Position numbers and translations under genes: made by a program. Below the pieces are notes generated by a model. That model worked only from the letters and a program-made list of their open reading frames with translations. It was not told the DNA's origin and made no database searches. DNA of 64,000 bases from Staphylococcus phage S-CoN_Ph3. Shown in pieces: positions 18,897 to 29,035 of the stretch; position 1 is the stretch's first letter; each line of letters begins with the position of its first letter. The stretch lies in the sequence record OR354826.1. One strand, 5' to 3'.

Positions 18897-19232
18897 ATGC
18901 CTTTGTTAAATGATGCTGGAAAATTAAATCAACGTTGTACTTTTTATTCTATGCAAGAAGTTGAAACTATAAGAGGTAACACCAAAACTGTAGAAAAAGA
19001 AGAATTTTCTTGTTGGTGTACTATTAGACAAGCTAGAATAAGTGAAGTTCAAGCTGCTATAGGAACTGAACATATAAATAGACAAACTCTTATCGTTAGA
19101 AGACAGCAAAGAAAAGAGATAAAAAACGATTGGACTGTAAAAGTAAAAGGTCAAATGTTCGATATAGTAAGTGTTGTACCAGATTATGAAACAGAAATGC
19201 ACGACATGATTGTTCTAAAGGAAAAACATTAA
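18897..19232 (+). CDS. head closure / head-tail adaptor protein
   Basis: size and position. Confidence 0.4.
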   Translation: MPLLNDAGKLNQRCTFYSMQEVETIRGNTKTVEKEEFSCWCTIRQARISEVQAAIGTEHINRQTLIVRRQQRKEIKNDWTVKVKGQMFDIVSVVPDYETEMHDMIVLKEKH

Positions 19233-19648
19233 TGGCTAAAGATGGAACAATAATAACAATCAAAGATTCTGGTATTTCTGATGAGTTAGCGAGATTGGCA
19301 CGAAATGTACCTAAAGTTAGAAATAAAGCGTTAAGAGAAGGTGCTAAACAGTTTGCCGAAGAAGTAGAAGCTGTGACACCCGTAGGACCACCACGTTCGT
19401 CAAATAAATATGGTGGTAAATGGTATTCTACTGTTCATATGAAAGATGACGTAAAATATCAAAAACTACAAGACGAAAGATATATTGTGGGATATGGTAA
19501 AGCTACTGGTTGGCGTGCTCATTTTATTAACGATGGTACTATATATATACAACCAACATTCTTTTTTAATAAAGTGGTAGATGCTAAACTAGGTAACTCA
19601 TATACAACTATAGAAAATATATTAAGAAGAGAGTTGTTTATGAAATGA
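19232..19648 (+). CDS. tail-component protein (HK97 gp10-like)
   Basis: position and size; overlapping start/stop coupling. Confidence 0.35.
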   Translation: MAKDGTIITIKDSGISDELARLARNVPKVRNKALREGAKQFAEEVEAVTPVGPPRSSNKYGGKWYSTVHMKDDVKYQKLQDERYIVGYGKATGWRAHFINDGTIYIQPTFFFNKVVDAKLGNSYTTIENILRRELFMK

Positions 19649-20034
19649 TTAGTGTTCAATTATCAGTAAAATTAAAAAGACTTGTAGCTGAACAAGTAAA
19701 AGATATTATACCATCAAAACATGTCTACCTATATAATATTCCAGAAGATGTTGATAGATTAAAAACATTACCGTTTGTTCGTATTAATCATATAACTTCG
19801 ACAGCAACAACACATTCTAGTAATGATATTAATTTCACTAGAGAGCGTTATCAAATTCAATTCTTCTTTGATGATGAAGATGAAAGAGATATAGAAGGAA
19901 TGATTATAAAAACAGACAAACAATTAAGACAACATGGTTTTTATTATTCAACGGGATATGATGGGTATGACCCAGATTTAGAAGGAGTAATAACTGTCAC
20001 ACGACAGTATAATTATAGAAATAAAACAGATTAA
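19645..20034 (+). CDS. tail completion / tail terminator protein
   Basis: position before the major tail protein. Confidence 0.35.
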   Translation: MISVQLSVKLKRLVAEQVKDIIPSKHVYLYNIPEDVDRLKTLPFVRINHITSTATTHSSNDINFTRERYQIQFFFDDEDERDIEGMIIKTDKQLRQHGFYYSTGYDGYDPDLEGVITVTRQYNYRNKTD

Positions 20035-20057
20035 AAATATATAGGAGGAAATATAAT

Positions 20058-20726
20058 ATGGCATCAACAATTGGATTTAAGCGTGCGACTTTCTTTATTT
20101 ATGATAAAGATGATAAAGTTGAAGACACTTATGTAGTAGAAGGTAAAGCAAATAAAGGTGGTACTACAGAGGCTAGTATCTCTGGTTTATCAGCAGAAGC
20201 TGTTAAAGTATACGCTTCAAACGTTGCATACTATGTTGCACAACGTGGTACTGGTTCAGTAGAACTATCACTATCTATTTTAGATATTACAGATGTATTA
20301 GCTGCACGTTTATTAGGACGTACAGAAAACGAAGACGGTATTTATTTAGTAGGAGAAAATACAGAGCCACCATACGCTGGGGTTCTTATGGAATCAGCAG
20401 CACTTGACGGACAACCTATTTTCTTTGCATTGTTAAAAGGTAAATTCCGTTTAGATGAACAAAACTTAGCAACAAACGAAGACGAATTATCTGAACCAGA
20501 AGCAGACGAATTAGAAGGTCAATTCGTAGCAGATGCTCATGGTAATACTTATGCAACTGCTCGTGGCGAAGATAAACGAGAAGCATTAAAACAATTATTC
20601 TACAATATTGCTGGAGACGGTTCAGAAAACACTAACTCTACTCCATCTGGTCGATTAGTAGATGATAGTGAAAAACATGATGAAACTCCAGTAGCAGATT
20701 CAGAAGAAACTACTAACACTCCCTAA
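20058..20726 (+). CDS. major tail protein
   Basis: 222 aa just upstream of the G/G-T chaperone pair; followed by hairpin AGCCCC/GGGGCT at 20788-20807. Confidence 0.55.
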   Translation: MASTIGFKRATFFIYDKDDKVEDTYVVEGKANKGGTTEASISGLSAEAVKVYASNVAYYVAQRGTGSVELSLSILDITDVLAARLLGRTENEDGIYLVGENTEPPYAGVLMESAALDGQPIFFALLKGKFRLDEQNLATNEDELSEPEADELEGQFVADAHGNTYATARGEDKREALKQLFYNIAGDGSENTNSTPSGRLVDDSEKHDETPVADSEETTNTP

Positions 20727-20835
20727 GAATGTCTCTGTATCAGCCAGAACAGATTCAGCAATAGTCGATGCAGAGTAATTTTTCAGCCCCTTAATTTGGG
20801 GCTTATACATATTTAAATAAAGGAGAAGATTATTT

Positions 20836-21180
20836 ATGGCTAAAGAAGTAACAATTAAATTAGAAGACGAGAAAGGTAAAGTACAAGAATACAAAGCAGG
20901 TAAAATTATGGCTCGTACTACACGAGATGCTATGAAGATGTACTCAAAATTAGAAGAAGTAGATAAGAACGGTAATCCAGTAGTATCAGAAGCAGAATCT
21001 TTTGACATGATGATTGATTTAGTAGCAAACTCTATTTTCAAAAAGAATGACGAAGTAACAGAAGACACTATTCTTGACGGATTAACTTCTGATGAAGTTG
21101 CTACTGTACTACAAGAAGTAATCATGTCTGCTATGGGTATTTCAGACGAAGACGTCGAAGAAGCTAAAGAGGGAAAGTAG
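20836..21180 (+). CDS. tail assembly chaperone (G-like)
   Basis: acidic 114-aa protein between the major tail protein and tape measure, ending at a slippery site. Confidence 0.6.
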   Translation: MAKEVTIKLEDEKGKVQEYKAGKIMARTTRDAMKMYSKLEEVDKNGNPVVSEAESFDMMIDLVANSIFKKNDEVTEDTILDGLTSDEVATVLQEVIMSAMGISDEDVEEAKEGK

Positions 21181-21419
21181 AAACATTTTCCTGGACAAAG
21201 ACGTATTACCAATATAATGAAATGATTGGTACATTAATAAAAGATTATGGTTTTCGTTGGTCTGATTTTGATGATATGACTGACGAAGACTTGCACGATA
21301 TTGTAAATGCAAAAGCAGAATACAAAAAGAAAAGACAACAAAACCAAGAAAACAAACAAAATAACGTTTCTCCAGAAAATTCTTTGGAGGCTTTCTTGAA
21401 ATCAAACGGATTACTATAA
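20836..21419 (+). CDS. tail assembly chaperone G-T fusion made by -1 programmed frameshift
   Basis: heptamer G GGA AAG at 21171-21177, identical to the lambda G-T slippery site; the -1 frame is open from 21168 to 21419. Confidence 0.55.
21171..21177 (+). other. -1 ribosomal frameshift slippery heptamer GGGAAAG
   Basis: X XXY YYZ aligned with the zero frame of the chaperone gene, 1 codon before its stop. Confidence 0.55.
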
Positions 21420-21433
21420 ATAAAAATAATAGG

Positions 21434-21483
21434 AGGGGTAAGGTATCTAACAAACAGATACTTTGCCCCTGTTTATTTTTTTG
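21434..21483. terminator. strong bidirectional rho-independent terminator
   Basis: 15-bp stem AGGGGTAAGGTATCT/AGATACTTTGCCCCT, loop AACAAAC, T-run GTTTATTTTTTTG on plus and T-rich flank on minus. Confidence 0.65.
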
Positions 21484-21516
21484 TATAATTTAAGACAATA
21501 AAAGGTAGATTTTACG

Positions 21517-21738
21517 TTAACAATGTTCGAATTCTGGTTCTTCAACAGTAATGATTTCATAGTCTTTTACAACAAAAGACGAATTATCAGCGAATCTTTT
21601 AGCGTCTTGTTCGATATTAAACCATACAGCATCAATAATATTTGTTATCCAACGTTTGTTGCCGTTATCATCAACACCAAAGTATAAATATTCTCCATTG
21701 AGTTTTTTATAACCAATTACATAAAAATCAGTAAACAT
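21517..21738 (-). CDS. hypothetical protein (73 aa), antisense gene embedded in the tail module
   Basis: ORF with RBS, own consensus promoter, bidirectional terminator downstream. Confidence 0.55.
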   Translation of the reverse strand: MFTDFYVIGYKKLNGEYLYFGVDDNGNKRWITNIIDAVWFNIEQDAKRFADNSSFVVKDYEIITVEEPEFEHC

Positions 21739-21770
21739 TTTAAAACCTCTTTCTTTAATTTGTTAACTTT

Positions 21771-21799
21771 ATTATAGCATACATATTTATATTGTCAAC
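21771..21799 (-). promoter_or_regulatory. sigma-A type promoter TTGACA-N17-TATAAT (minus strand) for gene 21517-21738
   Basis: minus strand TTGACA (21799..21794) + 17 nt + TATAAT (21776..21771). Confidence 0.6.
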
Positions 21800-21837
21800 A
21801 CATTTATACATATTTTTTATAAGGAGTGAAAAACACA

Positions 21838-24710
21838 TGCCAGCTAATGGAAAGGTCGTTGGTAAATTAGTCGCACAGCTTGATTTACAAACAGCAGGAT
21901 TTATGAAATCAACAACAGGCGTAAATAAAGCTATCAGACAAATTCGTTCCAACTTAAAAACATTAGACAAATTTTATAAAGCTAGTGGCGATGAAATGAA
22001 TCGTCTTAACTCTAAATATAAACAATCCAAAATTTTAATGGAAACATATAAAGAAAAACTAAATGGGTTGAAAAAAGAGTTAAGTAGCTTAAAACCTAAC
22101 ACACAAGCGTTTATAAAGCAACAAAGTCAAATTAGACGTACAGAAGCAGACATGAAGCAATTAGAATCTGAAATGAAAAACTATCGTAAGCAAATGCTTT
22201 ATGTCAACTCATCTATAGACCAAGCAAATGCTAAATATAAATCTCACAAAGCAGTTCTTGAAGCAAATAGAAAAATTGCTGTTGCTCAAGGAAATGCTGA
22301 AAAGAAATTAAGATATGATAAGAAATTAATGGCAGCTCAGATTCAAAGAAACAACGAGGTATTAAAAGGAGAACGAGTAATACTTGGTAGAATACGTTCA
22401 ACTTTAGGTATCACAAGCAATGAATATAAAGAACAAGCTGCTAAAGTTAAACAGTTAAAAGCAGAAAATGTCGGATTAACTGCTTCAATGAAATCAGTCA
22501 ACAGACAAATGTTGGCATATAGAGCATCACAAAAAAATATGAACGCTGGATTAAATCGTAGCTTGAATTTTATGAAACAAAATAAAGCTGGTTTAATTGA
22601 TGTAAGAAACAGTTTAATGGGTCTTACAGCAGCGGCTACAGGTGTAGCTTATCCGATTGCTAGAGCTTTTGGTGGAGCAATCAAGGCAACGGTACAATGG
22701 GAAGATGCTCAAGCAAATGTAGCAAAAACAACTAATGCTAGTAAAGAACAGATGAAAGACTATTCTGATAGTATTAGAAGTATGGCTAAACAAATGCCAG
22801 AATCACAAGCAGAAATTGCAAATACTATGGCAATGGCTGCACAATTAGGTGTTAAGAACCTAAAAGGCTTTACTAAAGTTGCTACACAAATGAGTGTTGC
22901 TACAGATATGACAGCAGAAGATGCAGCAACAAGTATGGCAAGATTTGCGAACGCTACAGGCAAACCTAATTCAGATTTCAAAAAATTAGGTAGTACAGTT
23001 GTTCAATTAGGTAACAATATGGCGACGCAAGAATCTACTCTTATGAATTTTGCACAGCGTCTTGCAGGTACAGCAACAGTAGTTGGAGTAAGCCAAAAAG
23101 ATATTATGGCGCTATCAGCAGCTATGGCTTCAGTTGGTATTAACGCTGAATCCGGTGGCTCTGCAATGTCTAAAGTTCTTACTAAAATGAACAATGCTGT
23201 TAAAGACGGTGGGGAGAAACTGCAAGGATTTGCAAAAGTGGCAGGAATGTCTGGTCAAGAATTTGCTGAAGTATGGAAAAAAGACCCATATCAAGCAGTA
23301 CAACAATTTGAGAAAGGCTTAGCTGACCAAAACAAGCAAGGTAAAAATGTTAAAGCAATGCTTAAAGATTTAGGTATTACTGAATTACGTGAAACCGATA
23401 CAGTATTGCGTTTAGCTAACGGTAATAAACAATTACAAACTGCTAGAGAAAATGCAAATAAAGGATATAAAGAAGGAAACGCACTTTCTAAAGAGGCTGA
23501 AACTAAGTATAAAACTTTAGGAAATCAAATGAAAATCTTTATGAACCATGTTAGAGATTTAGGTATTTCTTTAGGTTCAGCACTTGCACCGGCATTAATT
23601 GGTATTATGAAAGTATTAACTCCTTTAGTTGATGCATTGGCTAAAGCGCCTACACCAATTAAAGCATTTGTCGCAGCATTGGCACTGATTCCAGTTATTG
23701 CTGTCCCAGTATTGGGTGTAGCAGCAGCTATTACAGGTGCTATGGGATTAGTCGGACAATCAATGTTGGTAGCAGAAAAGGCGGCAATGTCAAGTTCCAG
23801 AGGATTAAGATTCTTTGTAGCTACACAAAAATTGATGTTTAGCCCTATTAAGACTACTACACAAATGTTACAAAATTTAGCAGCAAGTTTCAGAAGAACT
23901 GGAAAAGCTAGCAAAGTAATGGCAGCAGAAACTGTCGCTTCTGAAAAGGCAGTAGAAGCGTCAAGTGTAGGAATGAGCCGAGTAGCTAGAAACTCTAACA
24001 CAGCTAGTAAATCTATGCAAGGTGCAGGAGTTGCTATGGCTTCAACAGGTAAAAAAGCATCATTTACTAGTAAATTATTTGGCGGTTTGAAAAAAGTTAT
24101 TGGTCCACTTATCGGAATGGGCGGATTACTTACAGCTGCATTTGAGGCTTTAGCCGCAGTGATAGGAGCTCTTTCAGCGCCGATACTAGCAATTGTAGCC
24201 GCAGTTGCCGCAGTAGGTGTTGCATTTGTAGTTGCTTATAAGAAAGTAAAATGGTTTAGAGACGGAATCAACGGACTTGTTTATGTTCTTAAAGTTTTTG
24301 CAGGTGGAATAGTATCAAGTACAGTTAATGGAATTAAGTCTCTTGGACGTTGGTTCGGTTGGCTTGGTGGAATTGTTAAAGATAAAGCAACTTCTGCTAT
24401 TAAGTCTTGGTGGAAATCTTTACCACAAGACAGCGACATTAAACAACAAGTTAAGGCTGTTCAATCTGTAGGAAACAGTTTTAAAAACGTAATGAAAACA
24501 TTAGGAACTGCTACACACAAAGCGACGGATGTTTCAAACGTTTTAGGTAAAGGTGTTTCTAAAGGAACTAAACAAGCATTAAATAATTTCGTTGATTATT
24601 CAGAGAAATCTGATAAAATATTAGCTGAGATTAAAAATAATCACGGTAGAATAACAACAGAAGAAAAAATAAATTATTACAAATACAACAAGATACTACT
24701 AAAGATTTAA
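21838..24710 (+). CDS. tape measure protein, part 1
   Basis: long alpha-helical N-terminal half, central hydrophobic/TM-rich segment (aa 590-820); probable start at ATG 21838 with AAGGAG RBS. Confidence 0.65.
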
Positions 24711-27700
24711 TGTCAGAGTTTGAAAAGAGAGCTAAAGGTCAATTAGATATAGAACGTAAAGTTTTCTCTCAAAATAGTGGACTTTCAGAGAAACAAGAAC
24801 AAGCTATCTTACAGAGAACTGAAAAACGTTTCAGTAAAAGTAAACAAAAATTAACGGAAATCAACAAAGAAATTCAAGAACTTGTTAATAAACAATCAAG
24901 AGATGGCAAATTAAGCGGCAAGGAAATGAAAAGACTTAACCAACTATACGACGAACAACGTAAGTTAGCTGTCGGAACTCTTTCTTCAACTGACAAAGAA
25001 CAGAAACGTATTCTTTCAAGAATGTCAGCGAACAGAGAAGCATATAATGTTAAAGAAGCTCAATCTATAGTAAAAGAAGCTATTAAGGCAAGAGATAATG
25101 CTAAAAAAGAAAATAAAAAACGATACGACCAAGAAGTAGACCATATTAATAGTATGACAGACTTATCTAAAACTGAAAAAGAAAAAATGTTAAAAGATGC
25201 TGATGATAGATATAGAAAAGCTAATAAAAAAGCTGACGACAACCATAAGAAAGTTTTAGACGGCGTTAAGAAAAGCAACGAAGATATAGAAACAGAAATG
25301 GATTTATCTAACGGAAAAGTATACAGTAACGCAGAGAAATGGTGGGAAAAAACTAAGAAAGGTTTTGGCAATTTCTTTGGCGATATTGGAAAATCCTTCT
25401 CTGACATGGGTAAATCATGGAAGAAAAATTGGGATGAAATGATAAGTGATATATCTAGCGTTGATTGGTCTGGTATGTGGGACGGTATTAAAAATACCGG
25501 TTCCAATATCGGTGGTTGGTTCTCTGAAAAAGGACAAGAATTTGCTAAATCATTTAAAGGCGGTTGGGATGAAACTGTCACTAGATTAGGAGATTTATGG
25601 TCTAAATTGAAAGGGACTGGTTCAAATCTAGGAACTTGGTTTGCTGAAAAAGGTCGACAATGGTATACTGACTTTAAAGATAGTTGGGAAACAACTAAGC
25701 AAACAGCCGGAGATTTATGGCAAGGTCTTAAAAATACTGGAACAGGTTTAGGTCAATGGTTTGGTCAAAAAGGTTCTCAATGGTATAATAATTTCAAAAA
25801 CAGTTGGGAAACGACTAAACAGACTGCTGGAGACCTTTGGGCTGGTATTAAAAATACTGGTGCTGGACTAGGCGAGTGGTTTGGTAAAAAAGGCGCACAG
25901 TGGTATAATAACTTTAAAAGTCAATGGGACTTAGCTAAATCAACCGCTGGAGATTTATGGAATGGAATCAAATCCACAGGGGCTAACTTAGGTCAATGGT
26001 TTGGTCAAAAAGGTGGTCAATTGTGGGGTGCTCTAAAATCTGGTTGGACTAATGCTGTAAATACTACAGGAAATCTTTGGGGCACTATTACTGGAAAAAT
26101 GGCTACCGGTTGGGAATCTGTAAAAGGCTGGTTCGCAACAAAAGGTATGCAAATGGTATCAGCAATAGCTCAAGGTTGGAACTCTACTGTTCATATAGTA
26201 GGAACAGCGTTCGGTAATCTATGGGGCACTGTTAAACGTATCTGGGCTGGAATGTTCGGTACAGTGTCTTATTGGTCAGGTTTAATCTGGGGCAGAGTTA
26301 AAGCTGTCTTTGGTTGGATTGGTAACAAAATTGGTGGCTCTTTAAGTAGTGCTTGGAAACGAACTCAAGTTATTTGGAAAGGTATTAAAGGAACCTTTAC
26401 TTATTGGACTGGAGTAATCTGGACTAGGGTCAAAACTGTATTTAACTGGATTAAAGGAAAAATAGGTAGTGCTTTAATGGGTGCTTGGAAATCAGCACAA
26501 AGAATTTGGAAGGGCATGAAAGGAACTTTCACTTATTGGACAGGCGCTATTTGGAATCGTGTAAAATCAGTATTTGGTTGGATTAAAAATAGAATCAGCT
26601 CAACACTAAACGGCGCTTGGAAAATTGTACAACGTGTCTGGAAAGGTATTAAAGGTACGATAACTTATTGGACAGGTGCTATTTGGAATAGAATCAAGTC
26701 TATTTTTGGTGCAATTAAGAATAAAATAAGCTCTACAATGAACGCTGCCTGGAAGATTATGCAAAGAATCTGGAAAGGTATGAAGGGTACAGTAACATAC
26801 TGGACTGGAGCTATACTTGGTAGAGTAAAATCTATTTTTGGAACAATGAAAAATACTATTTCTAAAATAATGAATAGAATCAAATCTATTATGTCAAATA
26901 TTTGGCGTTCTATCAAGAGAAATAGTGTTGATTTAATGACTGGTATGTGGAACAGAATCAAGAGTGTATTTAACAATATGGTTGACGGAGTTAAAACTTT
27001 TGGTTCATCTGTTAAAAAACATATTGACGACATGGTTGGCGGTGTTAAAAAAGGTCTTAATGGATTGATTAACGGTGTTAACTGGGTCGGCGGAAAATTA
27101 GGTATAGACAAAAAAATACCTAAACTTTCTGTTGGTACAGAATCTACTCACACACAAAACTTTGTGAAAAATGGTGCTATCAGCACTCCAACACTAGCAA
27201 CTGTTAATGATAAAGGACCTGGTAATGGTATTGGTAGAAATGGTCATCAAGAATTAATTCAACGTAAAAACGGTTCATTATTAGCACCACAAGGAAAAGA
27301 TGTAGTAGTTCCATTAAACAAAGGCGATAAAGTAATTAATGGTAAAACTACTCAAAAAATGCGTAAACAAGGTCTTATTCCTAAGTTTTCTCGTGGTACT
27401 GATGAGGGAGACCTTGTCAGAAGAAGCATGTTAAAAGATGCAAAAAGAGCAAAACGTAAACAAAAAAGAAAACATAATCATAGTCATGGTATAGACGCCG
27501 GAGAAATGATGGGTCAAGGCGGCATGGGCGGTGCTGCAAAAGAAGCATGGAAATATGTAGAAGACAAAACCAAAAATATTGGTAAGAAAACTGGTAAAAC
27601 AGTTTCATCATTGAGTAACGGCGCACAAAAAATGCTTAACACTTCTAAAGAAGCACTAGGTGCTGCTGGAGATTGGGCTAAGAAAAAGCCGGAGACTTAA
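24710..27700 (+). CDS. tape measure protein-like, part 2, with tandem W/G-rich repeats
   Basis: start ATG overlaps the TAA of the previous ORF (TAATG); two repeat families inside. Confidence 0.6.
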   Translation: MSEFEKRAKGQLDIERKVFSQNSGLSEKQEQAILQRTEKRFSKSKQKLTEINKEIQELVNKQSRDGKLSGKEMKRLNQLYDEQRKLAVGTLSSTDKEQKRILSRMSANREAYNVKEAQSIVKEAIKARDNAKKENKKRYDQEVDHINSMTDLSKTEKEKMLKDADDRYRKANKKADDNHKKVLDGVKKSNEDIETEMDLSNGKVYSNAEKWWEKTKKGFGNFFGDIGKSFSDMGKSWKKNWDEMISDISSVDWSGMWDGIKNTGSNIGGWFSEKGQEFAKSFKGGWDETVTRLGDLWSKLKGTGSNLGTWFAEKGRQWYTDFKDSWETTKQTAGDLWQGLKNTGTGLGQWFGQKGSQWYNNFKNSWETTKQTAGDLWAGIKNTGAGLGEWFGKKGAQWYNNFKSQWDLAKSTAGDLWNGIKSTGANLGQWFGQKGGQLWGALKSGWTNAVNTTGNLWGTITGKMATGWESVKGWFATKGMQMVSAIAQGWNSTVHIVGTAFGNLWGTVKRIWAGMFGTVSYWSGLIWGRVKAVFGWIGNKIGGSLSSAWKRTQVIWKGIKGTFTYWTGVIWTRVKTVFNWIKGKIGSALMGAWKSAQRIWKGMKGTFTYWTGAIWNRVKSVFGWIKNRISSTLNGAWKIVQRVWKGIKGTITYWTGAIWNRIKSIFGAIKNKISSTMNAAWKIMQRIWKGMKGTVTYWTGAILGRVKSIFGTMKNTISKIMNRIKSIMSNIWRSIKRNSVDLMTGMWNRIKSVFNNMVDGVKTFGSSVKKHIDDMVGGVKKGLNGLINGVNWVGGKLGIDKKIPKLSVGTESTHTQNFVKNGAISTPTLATVNDKGPGNGIGRNGHQELIQRKNGSLLAPQGKDVVVPLNKGDKVINGKTTQKMRKQGLIPKFSRGTDEGDLVRRSMLKDAKRAKRKQKRKHNHSHGIDAGEMMGQGGMGGAAKEAWKYVEDKTKNIGKKTGKTVSSLSNGAQKMLNTSKEALGAAGDWAKKKPET
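25480..26045 (+). repeat. about 6 tandem coding repeats of about 28 aa (GIKNTGxxLGQWFGQKGxQWYNNFKxSWETTKQTAGDLW)
   Basis: read directly from the translation of 24710-27700. Confidence 0.6.
26230..26930 (+). repeat. about 7 tandem coding repeats of about 33 aa (TYWTGAIWNRVKSxFGWIKNKISSxLNxAWKxxQRIWKGMKGT)
   Basis: read directly from the translation. Confidence 0.6.
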
Positions 27701-29022
27701 TGGATTATGTTGGACATCCAGGCAAACTTTTACAAAAAGTAATGAGTGAGTTTGGTGCTGACTTTAGTATGGTTAAAGGGGAAATCCCTTCTATGCTTTG
27801 GGACGCAATGTGGAAACGTCTAAAAGAAGCTGTAGAATCATTATTCAATGACTGGTTAGACGACGCTATGGAAGGCGATGGCGACGGTAAATATATCAAA
27901 TATCTTGATAATATCACTACGCCATATAGTCCTAATGGACCACCACCAGGCTATGCGTTTAATTGGGCGCATCCTGGTATTGACTTACCTTATATATACG
28001 AAAAAGTTCAAACACCATTAGAAGGTAAAGTTCAAACTAAAGATACTGGTAATGTTGGATTCGGTCATCATGTCGTTGTTAAAGCGAAGCCTTATGACGC
28101 ATATTTCGGTCATATGAGTAAATGGTCAGTTAAGAATGGACAACACGTAAAACCAGGAGATGTACTTGGTATATCTGGTAACACAGGTTCAAGTACAGGA
28201 CCACACTTACACTATGAAATGAACAAGCACGGAATGGGTTCTATGACTGGTCACTCTATCGACCCTGTTAAGTGGTTAAAATCACATAACGGAAGTAAAG
28301 GTGGACGTGGCGGTGTAAACAAATCTGCAAGCGCTTGGTCTGGAGATATCAGACGTGCTGCTAAACAAATGCACACAAGCGTTTCTTCTAGTGATGTTAG
28401 CCGAATTGTTAGCCTTATCCAACATGAATCTGGTGGTAACGCTGGAGTAACACAATCTAGTGGATTACGAGATATTAACGTATTACAAGGTAATCCAGCG
28501 AAAGGTCTATTACAATTTATTCCACAAACATTTAGACACTATGCTGTTCGTGGTCATGGTAACATTATGAGTGGTTATGACCAATTACTTGCATTCTTCA
28601 ATAATAAATATTGGAGAAGCCAATTTAACCCAGGTGGCGGTTGGTCTCCTAGTGGACCTAGAAGATATGCAAATGGTGGCATGATTAAGAAACATGGTTT
28701 ATATGAAGCTGGAGAAGGTAATAGACCAGAAATGGTATTACCACTCACTAAGAAAAATCGTTCTATGCAATTAATCGAACAAGCCAAATCGTTCATGGGA
28801 ATTAAAGATGACCCCGTTTCTGTTGATAATGGCAACGGTGCTATAGATATTATAGCAAAACTCTTAGAACAAAACAATAGATTATTAGAAACTATTGTCA
28901 ATGTAGTAGATAATAAAGAATTAGTTGTTGACGGACAGGCTATTACAAATAGTGTCAGTCAGAACTTAGGTAGTAAATATAATCAGTCTAGCTACCATCG
29001 TGGCAAGAAACACAAAAGATAA
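27700..29022 (+). CDS. tail-associated cell-wall hydrolase (M23 peptidase plus SLT-like transglycosylase)
   Basis: M23 motifs GFGHHVVV and GNTGSSTGPHLHYE; SLT-like LIQHESGGNAG ... GLLQF. Confidence 0.7.
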   Translation: MDYVGHPGKLLQKVMSEFGADFSMVKGEIPSMLWDAMWKRLKEAVESLFNDWLDDAMEGDGDGKYIKYLDNITTPYSPNGPPPGYAFNWAHPGIDLPYIYEKVQTPLEGKVQTKDTGNVGFGHHVVVKAKPYDAYFGHMSKWSVKNGQHVKPGDVLGISGNTGSSTGPHLHYEMNKHGMGSMTGHSIDPVKWLKSHNGSKGGRGGVNKSASAWSGDIRRAAKQMHTSVSSSDVSRIVSLIQHESGGNAGVTQSSGLRDINVLQGNPAKGLLQFIPQTFRHYAVRGHGNIMSGYDQLLAFFNNKYWRSQFNPGGGWSPSGPRRYANGGMIKKHGLYEAGEGNRPEMVLPLTKKNRSMQLIEQAKSFMGIKDDPVSVDNGNGAIDIIAKLLEQNNRLLETIVNVVDNKELVVDGQAITNSVSQNLGSKYNQSSYHRGKKHKR

Positions 29023-29035
29023 GGAGATGTAATTA

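Noticed and set aside
22760-27626. several minus-strand ORFs (22760-22981, 23003-23194, 23525-24001, 25060-25581, 26665-27111, 27417-27626) inside the tape measure genes
   Set aside because: antisense to repetitive Ala/Gly/Trp-rich TMP coding sequence, which yields long open antisense frames by chance
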